NCBI RefSeq assembly: GCF_031769215.1
Contig: NW_026781955.1
Location: forward strand, 1,860,001-1,924,000
Direction: 5' to 3'
Source: Ylistrum balloti
Taxonomy: Eukaryota
DNA: 64,000 nucleotides
Shown: positions 39,341 through 52,330 of the stretch, one piece after another
Layout of the letters: every line of letters begins with the position of its first letter
How positions within the stretch are numbered: position 1 is the stretch's first letter
The notes under the pieces: generated by a model
What the model saw: only the letters and a program-made list of their open reading frames with translations
Told to the model about the DNA's origin: nothing
Databases searched by the model: none
Translations under genes and position numbers: made by a program

Positions 39341-40410
39341 AGATATCTGTGAGTCTATCCTAAAGGTATGGAACAGATGGTAGATAAATAGATATCTGTA
39401 AGTCTATCCTAAAGGTATGGAACAGATGGTAGATAAATAGATATCTGTAAGTCTATCCTAAAGGTATGGAACAGATGGTAGATAAATAGATATATGTAAG
39501 TCTATCCTAAAGGTATGGTAGATAAATAGATATCTGTAAGCCTATCCTAAAGGTATGGTAGATAAATAGATATCTGTAAGTCTATCCTAAAGGTATGGTA
39601 GATAAATAGATATCTGTAAGTCTATCCTAAAGGTATGGTAGATAAATAGATATCTGTAAGTCTATCCTAAACAGGTATGGATATCAGATGGTAGATAAAG
39701 GTATGGATAGATGGTAGATAATAGATATCTGTAAGTCTATCCTAAAAGGTATGGTAGATAAATAGATATCTGTAAGTCTATCCTAAAGGTATGGTAGATA
39801 AATAGATATCTGTAAGTCTATCCTAAAGGTATGGTAGATAAACAGATATCTGTAAGTCTATCCCACAGGTATGGAACAGATGGTAGATAAATAGATATCT
39901 GTCAGTCTATCCTAAAGGTATGGTAGATAAATAGATATCTGTAAGTCTATCCTAAAGGTATGGATCAGATGGTAGATAAAGAGATATCTGTAAGTCTATC
40001 CTAAAGGTATGGAACAGATGGTAGATAAATAGATATCTGTAAGTCTATCCTAAAGGTATGGTAGATAAATAGATATCTGTAAGCCTATCCTAAAGGTATG
40101 GTAGATAAATAGATATCTGTAAGTCTATCCTAAAGGTATGGTAGATAAATAGATATCTGTAAGCCTATCCTAAAGGTATGGATCAGATGGTAGATAACTA
40201 GATATCTGTAAGTCTATCCTAAAAGTATGGTAGATAAATAGATATCTGTAAGTCTTTCCTAAAGGTATGGTAGATAAATAGATATCTGTAAGTCTATCCT
40301 GAAGGTATGGTAGATAAACAGATATCTGTAAGTCTATCCTAAAAGTATGGTAGATAAATAGATATCTGTAAGTCTATCCTAAAGGTATGGAACAGATGGT
40401 AGATAAATAG
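39341..40410. repeat. Minisatellite with 49-bp and 40-bp unit variants (agatatctgtaagtctatcctaaaggtatgg[aacagatgg]tagataaat), about 24 copies
   Basis: Period 49 at the start (39341, 39390); 40 where the 9-bp segment is absent. Confidence 0.95.
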
Positions 40411-41024
40411 GATCTTAAATGAATTTCCAATTCATTTTGAAATGTCATGGAGCAAGTCTCTGAAGTATTTATTTTCACAAGCAAAAATTCTAATTTTGAG
40501 ACTAGTTTAATAAAATATGGATGACAAATCTAATAGAGGCTGTCATTTTGTTGCACAAAACATCATTTCCCTTATCATGACATCACAATATATGAATATA
40601 AGTACAGTTTATTCAATTTGTGCACTTGTAGGAGAAAGAGTAAGGCCAGATTATATATGATCAAGGCAACTTGTTTAGAACTATCTAGATGTAGCCATGT
40701 AAAAGCCCACGGTTAACATATCATACAGAGGGCCTTGGGAGTAGATGAAACGGCTGATTTCAGGTTTCAAAATGTTTTCTTATTGAATTGCATTTGATGG
40801 CAAAAATCTCAATGAAAAAAAAATAAAACAAAAACAAAAGGAGAAAAAAACCCAAAAAAACCCAAGTCTAATCCCAATTTAACTGAAATCACCAATACAG
40901 AATATACCCAGTGACCATAGCTTAGAAATATATGTTAACTTTACTTATTTTTCCACAGTTGCAAAACAAATTATCAGCTTGAATTAATCATTCTTGTTGG
41001 CCTGTATGGATGTGTGCATTGGGT

Positions 41025-41160
41025 CTTATTGTAGGAGGAAACCAGGGTACCCCGGGAAAACCCATGTGACCCCATACCTTTTCACATCTGTTCCAGAAGA
41101 CAAACTCCGGATGGCTAGGTGAAAGGTGGGTGCATAACTACTGTGCCACCCTACCATAGC
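41025..41160 (-). mobile_element. SINE fragment with a V-domain-like core; related pieces at about 42765-42840 and 56395-56465
   Basis: ggaggaaaccagggtaccccgggaaaaccc resembles the reverse complement of the V-SINE core GGGTTTCCTCCGGGTGCTCCGGTTTCCTCC; aaaaaccactgacctg is shared by the other two pieces. Confidence 0.5.
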
Positions 41161-41419
41161 CTAACTCCAATGAAATTTTGATCTTCAGTAATCCTATATA
41201 ATCTTGCTCAAACGTAGCAAGTGTAATGGTATCCTAACTCCAGTATAACCTATGTAACTAGAGGATTAACCAACCTTAACTTCCATAACCATATAACCAA
41301 CCACAATCTAACTTCATTGTCATAAGCCAATCCAAAGACTTCGACAAATGTTTTGTAAGTAAAAAAGTATGGACCTCTTATTAACAAAAAACTCATGCTT
41401 TTGACTTGCTTATACTCCA

Positions 41420-42520
41420 TTACCAACAAGAGGCCGAAGGGCCTTAATGGTCACCTAAGTCACAATGCTTCTTGTAGCACATCATAGAAATTATTTTTTA
41501 ACTATATTGTACACATAATGCAAATATAAATTGTGTATATATTAACTGCTGTCCCATGCTAAAGCTTCTAATCAAGTTTGAATTAAAAGACATTATACTC
41601 AATATTTGAATTTTCCCATATTTACAGTATTTGTTAATGAGATTTGCACATAAGGGGTGTCTGTCAGCATATCAGTTATCTCCCGTGGACCTGATGGGAT
41701 ATAACCGAGAGCTATGATCCCCATTGTGATGAAGAGTATAATGCTGAAAAGCTATGGCCAACAACCTTTGGTAAACATGACTTATCTTCCATCCAGGAAC
41801 AGTACAACATCTTTGAAATTTCAGTGAATTTGACGCTTTTGGCTCCCGCCCATCAGTCCCTGGTAATCAGTCAAGGTCAATATGTGCATGTCATCAAACT
41901 GTCAACTTATACTAATTCTAATATAAACATTTTTTAAACAACTAACCAAGCCTGAACATTTTCTGAAATTATGCTCAAGAACGTAATTTTCCTATGCAAA
42001 ATGTCGTAAATTTTACCCCTCCCAAAAGGGGTAATATCAAACCCTGTGGTCATGGAATTTACAATTTTTATAAAGCACCATAAGAAACTTCCATCCATGA
42101 AGAGTATTTAGTTCTACAATATCTAGGTATTGAGATGAAGATTTTTGAAATTTCTGTCTAATTTGACAAACAGCCACTAGGGGTCATCCGAGGTCAATAT
42201 TTGCATCAATTCAATAAAAATAATCAAATAACACAGAAAATGTAAATTTACTATATCAACTATAGTAAATTTTACCCCCTCCCCTTGGGTCATGAAATTT
42301 ACAATATTGGTAAACCATGTGAAGGCCTTTTCATCCATGAAGATTGCTTAACTCTACTTGGGATTTGAGATTTTTGAAGTCCTGAAGTGTCTTTAGCCAT
42401 GGAGAAAAATCATTGAAATCGGTTCAGGAGTTTTCCTGAAGTCAAAAATGTTAAAAGCTTATGATGCATGATGCACAACACCGGACAAAAGGGGATCACA
42501 ATAGGTCACCCTGAGACAAA
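41420..42520. mobile_element. Putative non-autonomous Helitron/Helentron-like (HINE-type) interspersed repeat; a similar 3' end lies at about 38860-39080
   Basis: Begins aacaagaggcc...ggtcacct.ag and ends gaagtcaaaaatgttaaaag...ataggtcaccctgag; the other copy ends gaagtcgaaaatgt...tcaggtgacctaaaaa. This end pattern resembles abundant bivalve repeats as I recall them; not verified. Confidence 0.4.
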
Positions 42521-43729
42521 TTATACATTGCAAGCCTTTCCTGCATGTAAAAAGCCTCCCATTTATTTATCATAGGATGGTTAACTTGTACAATAAATGT
42601 GTGCACTGATTGACCTCATGATTGTTAACGTGTACTATGACCATGCCCACAAAATTACATTATGACAGTTAACCTGCACCGTAACTCTGCCAACTGACTT
42701 AAATCATTATTGTGGGTTTAGTTTAGTATTCTTATTGCTTTCCATCCTATTCACAGCCACGGTCATTTTAGGACATGCCCGGCAGGCTGAATCTCTGGAG
42801 AAAAACCACTGACCTGTGGCCAGTATCTGGCAACTGCTCAATTATTATTGTTGTTATCACTATTGTAGGTCCCGAACCCTGACCCATCACCATTACTATT
42901 GATACACATACACTGAAAAGCAGCAAGACGAAAATATATAAGTTGAATTTTGCAAAAAAGGTTTTGGTAAAAACATTATCTACTTCTCTTATTGATCATT
43001 ATACAGGGAAAAACATTTATTGAAAAGAGGTTACTTCCCTTCATCAATATTTCAAATGACTGCAAGAAATTCAATCAAAATATTTTCTCAATGAAACAAA
43101 TGAAGATTCTGAATGCTATTGGAGATTTTGCAAATTATACAAATGTATTTCATCAGAATCACATTTGATCCAATTACTGTCAATGAATAAGTGTTTAGTC
43201 AGAAACACATGATTTTGGTCATGTATATAATAAACTTTATTTACTTTCATACTTTACTTCAGTCATTGTACACTGCACATGCTCACTAACTTTCAGTGTA
43301 ATTATATGTTACACAAACAAGTCATGTTACACAAACCAAATTCTGCAGTTTCAGGGCTGATTTTTACCCCCTTTCAAATCACTTCATAGATTAATAATGC
43401 TGAATATGACACTGCAGACAGACAGACAGATAGATTGACAGATAGATGGACAAACAGACAGGTGCATAAATTTGGACCCAATGAAAATAAAACAGCCAAT
43501 TTTAGAAATACATATTATTGTGAATCGTCTAATATTTATGAAAGAAGTGTAATACAAGTAAAAGTACTGTGTTCTCTGTAACCTACATACATCCAGTTTC
43601 CATACTGTTCTGTCATTACCTCCTACAGTATGAATTACATGTTGTATTAAGTCCTTCATTCCTAAGTTGGTTTTATGTGACGGCTTCTAACTAAGTACAA
43701 AATTTAAAATAATTCCTTAGGCTGGTTCA

Positions 43730-43990
43730 AAGTGAAGACGTCATCTAGGGAAGATAAAAATTCCAGCATTGCCTTGTTTGGGTTGTTTGTTAAGTTATAA
43801 CAACATACCCCCTTAATTTAAGTGAAGATTTCATCTAGGGGAGATAAAAAGTTCAACATTGCCCCCTTGTCTGGGTTGTTTGTTAAGATATGACAACATA
43901 CTTCCTTAATCTAAGTGAAGACTTCATTTAGGGGAGATAAAAAGTCCAACACTGCTTTGTTTGGGTTTCTTATTAAGTTGTTACGACATA
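43730..43990. repeat. Three tandem copies of about 90 bp immediately 3' of the MRPS30 stop codon
   Basis: agtgaaga..tcat.taggg.agataaaa at 43731, 43821 and 43914. Confidence 0.85.
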
Positions 43991-46900
43991 TCAATCCATG
44001 CTTTCATTCTCTATTTCTGTTTCTGAAGATGAGATTTCATCATCATCATCTACAAGTTCATCCCTAGGTACAAAGTCCTCTATCGTTTGTGTTGGTTCAA
44101 TATGAGAGATAGTTGGCTTTAAGTTGTAGCCTCGATCTGGTGTGCCCAATAATAGGAACTTAAGAAGAGTTTGAAGTACATTGTCATTGAATCCTACGAT
44201 ATTGCCATCCTTCACTCCCTCAAACATATCCATCTCTGTATGCCAAAACAGATTGCAGATAGGATTGCTTTCGTCGGTCTTCCAGAGGTGCAGTGTGTTC
44301 AGTTGGTAGGCACCAAACAAAAACTTCCTGCCATCTGTGACAATGGTCTGTGATGTTAAAGGATATGTCATATCATGGTAAGTACTGAACCCTGAAACCA
44401 GCGAGAGAAAATGTCATTACCACAAACTTACAGAAATATATAGCATTTTTTAACTGAATGTGCTTTTAAACTGGAGCTTTAGTGTTCTGTTTTTTATTTC
44501 AAGTGTACACAGTAAGCTTTTCAATTCATATCAATGCTGTCAGGCTAATCTTAAAATATTCTCTATTTTAGAGGTGACTTTTTGGGATAAACAAACTATC
44601 ATGATAGTATTTTGGTAGTAAAATTACTATTGTAATATTATTACAATAGTCAAGTGACTATTGTAATAATATCATGAAAGGCTTTTTTTAAACCTCTAAA
44701 ATATGTCAAAAATATGTTTTCTGACTCAGAAATAGCCTTAGTCACTATCTATTTAAATGTATCAGAATGCTTAATTTAGCAAATGCTAAAACTGAAAAAA
44801 ATATTTACAGTTTTCATACAATGAACTAGGTTACACAGCGGTATTTGTTACACTTTATCATATTTTCATATTATTCATTCTATACATACGCGGTAATCTT
44901 GCTATTCTTCGATATTAGATGTGAAACTCAAGAACAGCTTGACTCAAAGCTATTATTTTCATATCATTTACATTAAATTTAGTATAATCCCTCTGTATTT
45001 CAAACTTGTTTTATGTTTTAAAAGGTGATTAATTAATTCAACAATCATATGTTTAATTTGTTTGACAATAAGTTTGACACCATATGTCTGTAGAATAAGT
45101 TTAGTAAAGGTAGGATAATAGAACTACATGTATTTATCAAATGAAGGTGCTGGTAATTTCACAAAAGTAGTTTAATAATTTACAAGACCTCAGAGTGAAG
45201 ACCTAAGATTCTAGAAGCAACGTTCACAATAATACAAAACAATTGGATTCAATCATTCATCATAAATTTTCCTCAGTTGGGGTATAATTCAGGTTGGTGG
45301 GTCAATGCCAAACAAATGATATCTTAACAAATGAAGATCATTTTACCATTCCTTTGAGTGGAGGAAAAAAATATTGTGTACCTGACAGTCTTTACTTCAA
45401 TAAAAGTAGAAATAATTTTGTTTCATACTTCAAGACGATATGTTTTGTAGCTGAATAATTTATGGAGTTCAAAATTTTCTCTTTATCAACCGAGATAAAG
45501 TCTATAATGGTGTCTTATCTTGGTAGCAATAAGTAGTCTTACCTGTTATTTTACCTTAACTATATAGTGGAATATTGTCTTAGCTAGATACAGACAGCAT
45601 CTTACATTTGTATTGTCATGTTGTCTTATATCAGAAATGACAGAAGTGACTTACAAAAAATAAAAAATTGGAAATGATATGGTGTCTTATCTTTGGTATT
45701 CGCATGTTGTCTTATCTTAGAAATGATGTGGTGTCTTGCATTAGAAATAATATGGTGTCTTATCTTGGTATTCACATATTGTCTTATCTTAGAAATGATG
45801 TGGTGTCTTGCATTAGAAATAATATGGTGTCTTATCTTGGTATTCACATATTGTCTTATCTTAGAAATGATGTGGTGTCTTGTATTAGAAATGATATGGT
45901 GTCTTATCTTGGTAATGGCATGTTGTTTTATCTTAGAAATGACATGGTGATTTGCATTGGAAATAATATGGTGTCTTACCTGGCAGTTGACATGTTGTAT
46001 TATCTTTGAAGTGACACGGTGTCTTATCTTGTAAATATTAGTGTGTCTTACCAAGATAGTGATACAGCAGTGTCTTATTTTGGAAGCGAGTCTGTATATA
46101 GCATTATATGATTTCTTACCTTGGTAGTGAGCCTGTGCTACAGTTGAAAGGAAGGATGAACTGAGAGCAAATCCTTGCCAGAGTTCTGGGATGATTTCAG
46201 GACTGGAACGGTATGCTGCAGCTGCTCTGTCTAACTTGTAGGAGTTCACAGTCTCAATTGACAAATACCCAAACTCACATGGAGAGCCAATGTTTACACC
46301 TGTAAAAGAGTCTTCTTTCACTTAAATCTGTATTGTGTAAATGTACAAAAGAATAATCAAATGAATCGAGGGTGAAGTGGTGCTTTGAGATCCTGACAAT
46401 GTATATAGTGAACTGAATATAGGCAGAGTACATTAGCCAACACCCTTTCTAACTTTGCATAATAACAGATGACACAACACTTTATATCAATGATTCTCCC
46501 TTTTAAAACCAGGAAGCATTGTAATGATTCAGATTATATCTAATTCTGAAGTTGATGACCTTCATGACAATTCACAGCCAACAGTCAACCAATAGGGGCT
46601 TTATAACTTCCACCGCTTTCAACACAAAAGCAATGGTAAATAAAAATATTGAATAAATGAGTAACAACCATGTTGGTTTTGTTTTATTTATATAAAGAAA
46701 TGTAAATGAATATAGCAGTTACGAAGTCATATTTTACTCCCAAGGCTTGAGAAGTAACAGTGTTTTACTCATTGGTTAAAAAATTACCCATTATTACAAT
46801 AACTAAATTGTAAATGATTGCAAAGAAATAGTTAGACTGAAGCTGTCATTGATCTATTAGTTACTCACTAATGCATGGAACTCACCAGAAAATTTCTGAC

Positions 46901-49900
46901 AGACATGACTGTTCTAGTTCCAATGCATAGTGCAATATCATTGTCTAATGAATTGGCTGAAGAATTCAAATGTGACCTTTGACCTTGACTGATGACCATC
47001 ATGATATGGTATGGTGTAGAATTTGATCTTATAACACATGTATATATCATAGGGTAAATACAAACAAATCTATCAAGAAATTCTTGATAGGACTGCAAAG
47101 ACATTACATTAGTTCACAATACCGTATGTATCATGGTATGCGGCTTACCATTCTGTATGTATCACAATACATGTGTATGTTCAAAAGTTCAACTTCATAA
47201 TCATGCCATATATTTCAATACTAAATATTATCAAAAAAATTCTTTTTGTATGATTTCTGATATTTATGGGGTATGAAATGCACAGTGGACCAACCACATC
47301 TTTGCTGAATAATTAGAAAATATCAGTCTATTTCTTTTTGTGGGTATGATAAACCTGATTTAATCCGAAAGTACTTTTTACGAATCATGATGCAGATACA
47401 CAAAACAAATTAATAGAATACACAAGAAAGCACTGTGATATGATACCAAACGTATGTATCATTGAAGCGCTAGTTCTCAAGATATAAATTGACATGGAAT
47501 TTGACATGACAGGATAGTTTAACATGGGTAACACTGTATCTTCCTATATCAAATTGCATGGACATTAAATCGTATAAAAGAGTATTGAAGGACTTACCCG
47601 GTAAAAAGTGTGGTGTGCATTTCTCTTTGCATTGCCCCATTACTACAGGGTGATAAGGGCACTTTGGGTAATCCTGTCCAACGCAAGTCTCTGAATCTCG
47701 ACCTACAAACTGCCAACACATAGAACTTTTAAACCTGACTTTATTCTACAACCACTGTACAAAAGGTGTACATGAAATAGACAAAGGGAAAACTTGGGTA
47801 TTATTTCAAAAATGAGGTGGGCCATCCTATATAAATGTATATCTATGCAGCTCTCTATTACCCGGTTTCGGTGTGTAATTTTCAAACATCTACGGTTATT
47901 AATATTTTCTACCACAGTACAATGTATTTTGCCCAAATAATTTCATATACATATAGAAAGATTTATGCAATTTTCTACTGATATGATCAGGAAAGTATTG
48001 TACATATATCAAATATGTTTATTTCATGTGAATGACATTTTTGAAATGCAGGATTTTTTCTGTTGCTATCATAGGAAAATGTGCTGGGTTTAGCTATTCA
48101 TCAACAGCTTTTGTGAAAGCTGTTTCCTATGAATTTATCTAATTTTGAACTTAGATTACACAAGGTAAATACTAGTATCTGACTCTTTGAATGATATTAT
48201 TATTGAAATATTGTAAATATAAATATCAACCATAGTCTGATAAGAACACATAAGATATATGTAATGTAATTAAGTTTCAGGAGGATTATTAATTGTGTAG
48301 GAATAAGCATTTACTGGGGACATATTAACCAAGTCATTGGTACAAATGAGATGGAATAATCTGACAAGTTGTATGACAACTTTAGGAAGAGGTATTTACA
48401 AAATGTAGGAAAGCTATTTATCATGACATACATGACATACAACATGTTTAAGTATAACTGTATTAAACAGGTCACATGATATGTACAGTATTTACCACAT
48501 CACATGATCTGCATGTGACTGAATATCAAAGCATTACTTACCTCTGGTAATGGCTGCATGGTCTTCAACTGAAAACTTGTCTTATATTCTCCCTGGAATT
48601 TCATCACTTTATTCTTACTTTTCTCTTTAAGTTTTTCAGCAACAAGCCCAGTTTCAGAATAACGATCCCAATATGCTTGTTGAAAAACGTCTTCCGAAAA
48701 CTCTGATGTTAATAAGTGAGAATGAATACTGGACAAGTATGGCAGAATCTTCACAATCAAACTTTTTACCAACAGCTTTGAAATTTTTTCCTTGCTCATT
48801 CCAATAGGGTTGGCTAGATCTGATCTTCGTTTAACTCTTTCACATTCATTCAATATAATATCTTTAACAACTGGAGTTATAACTTCTAGTTCATTTTTTA
48901 CATCAACATTGTCATATATACTAGGAAGTCCATCTATGGGAAGTGTCTTTGTCTTGTCAAACTGGTAGTTGAGCAGACGTGGCTCAAGACTTTTGCCGTC
49001 AAAGAACCATGCAAATCTTTGATCTCTTGATAACCACTTAGGGGCTCTCTGGATTTCTTTTATATGGTTGATACGCCCTTGTACTGATGGAATCGCCAAC
49101 AACTCTTGTTCCCGCTCGTACATCTGCCACACATACTCTCGTTCCATTCCTGTCCAGTCACCTAAAATGTAGAAGTACTTGTTTTATTTTTCAATGACAA
49201 AGAGCATGAACTTACATACATACATACAAACATACATACAAAAATACATACAAAAAGATTGCAATTGTTTTGCTGAGTGAGTATGCTGGGGCTTCATTGC
49301 ATAGAAACTCAGAATTCCGGAACATACATGTATACATCTGTCAAGTGGGAGAGCGAGAGAATGCTTCTACTAGGCAACCTGTTAAAATTTGGAAAACCTA
49401 GCTACTGTGGTAAGCGAAATAAAACTATAAATATTTCCTGTTTCCAATGACCCTAATATTTTCAGCCCACCCTAACTTTTTAAAGCAATTTAAAAAAGAA
49501 AAACCCAAGATCTCTCTCACAAATAAAAACCATATAAAACTTTTTTTTTTGGCCTACCAACCTTCCCAAAATTTTACAGTTGCAGGAAACTCATATATCT
49601 TTTGTTTGGCCTGATTAAGAAAAAATTGAAGCCTCATTGACCCCCCCACCCCCACCCCACACACACACACACAACTTCTGAAGTCATTGTGTTGTGTATT
49701 AAAATGCCATAACAAGTCAGGCTTTTTATTAATAACCCCCTCAAAAATGACATGTTTATTTACCATCACTGAGATAGGTAGCTAGGATATAAACTTTGTT
49801 TTTGGGGAAATTGAAAACGAAAAAGACAATGTCTAGTTTGTTTACAATTACATTTCAATAAATCAAATCATATACTATATATCTGATGGAAATGTATATA

Positions 49901-51404
49901 CAAAGAGTAAAATAAAGCATGCTTCATTTAATTTTGTTGTAGAATGCAAGGAATGTACACTATTACCATAAACATGGTACAACAACAGTCCCCTTTATGA
50001 GGGATACGGTAGTTACTGCTTTGAGTATTCAGTTATTCACACTTGTACTCTAATGCTGGGTCATTTTTATAAAGAAACACATAAAGCTCTTTTAAAAATT
50101 AGCAACTCAAAAGGGTGTTATTCTTTAAATATGACCCAAAAGACAAATAGCTGACAATGTATATTTTTGCACAACAAATATATTAAATTCTATCACTTAA
50201 CTTTGTGTTTTGATGACAACTTACATCAGAGACTTTATTTACCAATGACTATAGTGTAGAGCCAATGTTGCATTTAGTGCAAATGTCAATGATGAACTCT
50301 TTTTAGCTACACAAAACAGTTAAGTAATATAGAGACCTGTGATAAACAAAAAGTCAGACAATTGAATCATTCATACTTTGTGTAAAAATATCTAATGTTG
50401 CATTGGTTATTGGGCCTTGTCAAAGATATCCATTTTTTTTTGTTGCAAATGTTTAAAAGGACTTAACATATAGTTTGGAACATTTTCTTCACAATGTCAA
50501 TATTATAGAAGTTCTTATAACATGATCAGTAGAAGATTAAAGTGTGATGTTTCAATGACTATACAGTCATCTTAATCAGACAAATGACCAGTGTGGAGTG
50601 TACTAGCACTGATGTACATAGTGTATGAGATGGTACGGAACCATTGCCGGTGCAATGCCATGACCAGGGTAAATCCTCCAAATTGTTTCTGACAGGCCTT
50701 TGATATAAGGGATGACAACTTGTCCTTTTGTTTTTTTTTCTTTTCCTTGGTGTTTCAGAGGATTTACTGTGGTCATGGTACTGCAGCAGCCTTGAAACCT
50801 CACAAGACACTTCGAAATATCCTAGTCCACTCTGATAACAAAAAATCCAAAGAACATGTCGCAGAATGTTCATACAGTATCAGATGCAAGAAATGTTACG
50901 CATCATATATCTGGGAAACAGGCACAACCCGTGTTCATCAATATCCATGAAAAACTAGACAACAGCTAAATTGAAACCCAAGATCAGGAAAGCACATATT
51001 AAAGTATCACTAATATTCAGTAACAGCGTGGGCATTTGAATGTGGCGTTGAAAACAATCCACGCAAAAATCTAATGTGCACCTAATATCTATATTCTATT
51101 TTCTGCAGGGAATCGTAGACAGGGCTGTGTTTTTCATTTTGGGAGTTTTCATTTCATATACATGGAGTTGTAAACCTGTAAACAATCAGTGACAGTTGCA
51201 TTTGTGAACAAACTGAGCTACATGTATATTATATGCGTGTTAATCACCTGGAGGGTATTTTCCCTTAACCGGTGGATAGTGCACTTCATCATCTTGAATT
51301 TGTACTGCACTTGAAGAAAAACATCGTTCAGTGGACTTTCTATGGCGCAAAACTCTCAAATTATTTGAGAAACGGACCGGTGACCTCCACATGTTTGTCG
51401 CCAT
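43991..51404 (-). CDS. MRPS30: Mitochondrial ribosomal protein S30 (mL65/PDCD9 family), 489 aa, 5 exons: 51248-51404, 48542-49161, 47598-47709, 46120-46299, 43991-44391
   Basis: GT-AG introns with consistent phases; 1470-nt CDS. Arg/Ser-rich presequence MATNMWRSPVRFSNNLRVLRHRKSTERCFSS, then YPPVKGKYPPG, PLPEFV.RDSE, G.PCEFG.LS, AQAHYQGF, YPLTSQTIVTDG..F.F..YQLNT. Confidence 0.88.
45660..46080. repeat. 24-bp minisatellite with a 72-bp (3x24) higher-order unit, MRPS30 intron 4
   Basis: aaatgatgtg recurs at 45721 and 45793; tgtcttatctt core about every 24 bp. Confidence 0.85.
50630..50945. mobile_element. Decayed Penelope-like element fragment (linker into GIY-YIG endonuclease) in two oppositely oriented pieces, MRPS30 intron 1
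   Basis: Minus strand GQVVIPYIKGLSETIWRIYPGHGI (cf. VVIPYV.GLSE...RIF..H.I). Plus strand FQRIYCGHG....KPHKTLRNILVH....K.....YSIRCKKCYASYIWETG (cf. KP..TLR..LVH.KD...VY.I.C..C...YIGET). Confidence 0.72.
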
Positions 51405-52109
51405 TTCTATTGATCCTGGTCACCATAAGGCTTACATAGCGAATATTGATCATAGTCAGAACACGCTTGAATAGTATGCGGGTTCTCAATCTTAACACAG
51501 ACCCGGTCGTAGGTGAACGGATTCGATGTTCAACGACGACATTTTCATTAGATCAAATACATCAATTGTCATCGCAAATATTCGCCATTTCTTCAGTTCT
51601 GTGAAAATGCTTCACCTCTTTCGACCAGGTTCTACTGCAACACATACATTTACCAAAACCAGTAGTGTGAACAATTGAAATTATTAAAGTTGCAGTTTCT
51701 GCTCATTATAGTTCGGAAAAAAGAGAGAAAATAGGAGAACCTATTGACAATAGGATTATTTTTTAGAATCAATGCACATTAATGATATTAGACGATAAAT
51801 CATCACGGTCTCGGATCTGTAGTTAAGTCGGATTTTATATGCCTGTCACAGAGTATTTTCATTGATTGTTACCAACTGAATTAAGATGTGTATTGCAATA
51901 GTCAACAGCAAATGTAAGATCGAATTAGCGATAAAAGTAAATAATTTTAACCGGCCGGTTTCCACCGCATGAACTAATGCTGTTATTGTAATGCACAGAA
52001 ATATATATGAGAAATTAAATGTAACCAAGAAGTTGATTTTTTTTGTACTGAATGACCGTGAATGGCACTTGTTTTAGATTTTCAGAATAACACACTTGTC
52101 TGGATAGAA

Positions 52110-52330
52110 CAGCATTTGCTCCATCACCCTCCCCTTTACCAACGACCAATCTCTACCCATTGGATGGAACAATAACAGCACTCCATTCCTCCTTCCCCTT
52201 CACCAAAGACCAATCTCTAATCATTGGATGGAACAGCACCCTCCTTCTCCCCCTTTACCAATGACCAATCTCTACTCAGTGAATGGAACATCACCCCTCC
52301 ACCTTTACCAACAACCGATCTCTATCCATT
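52110..52330. repeat. Degenerate tandem repeat, about 55-65 bp x4 (ccctttaccaacgaccaatctctacccattggatggaaca...)
   Basis: gaccaatctcta core near 52144, 52209, 52263 and 52316. Confidence 0.75.

Noticed and set aside
30891-40410. Regular 40-49 bp repeats as a CRISPR array
   Set aside because: Units are head-to-tail with no unique spacers, there are no cas genes, and the context is eukaryotic.
49630-49672. G-rich tract on the sense strand of MRPS30 intron 1 as a G-quadruplex
   Set aside because: Only three clear G runs next to a (CA)n microsatellite; simple-repeat origin is sufficient.
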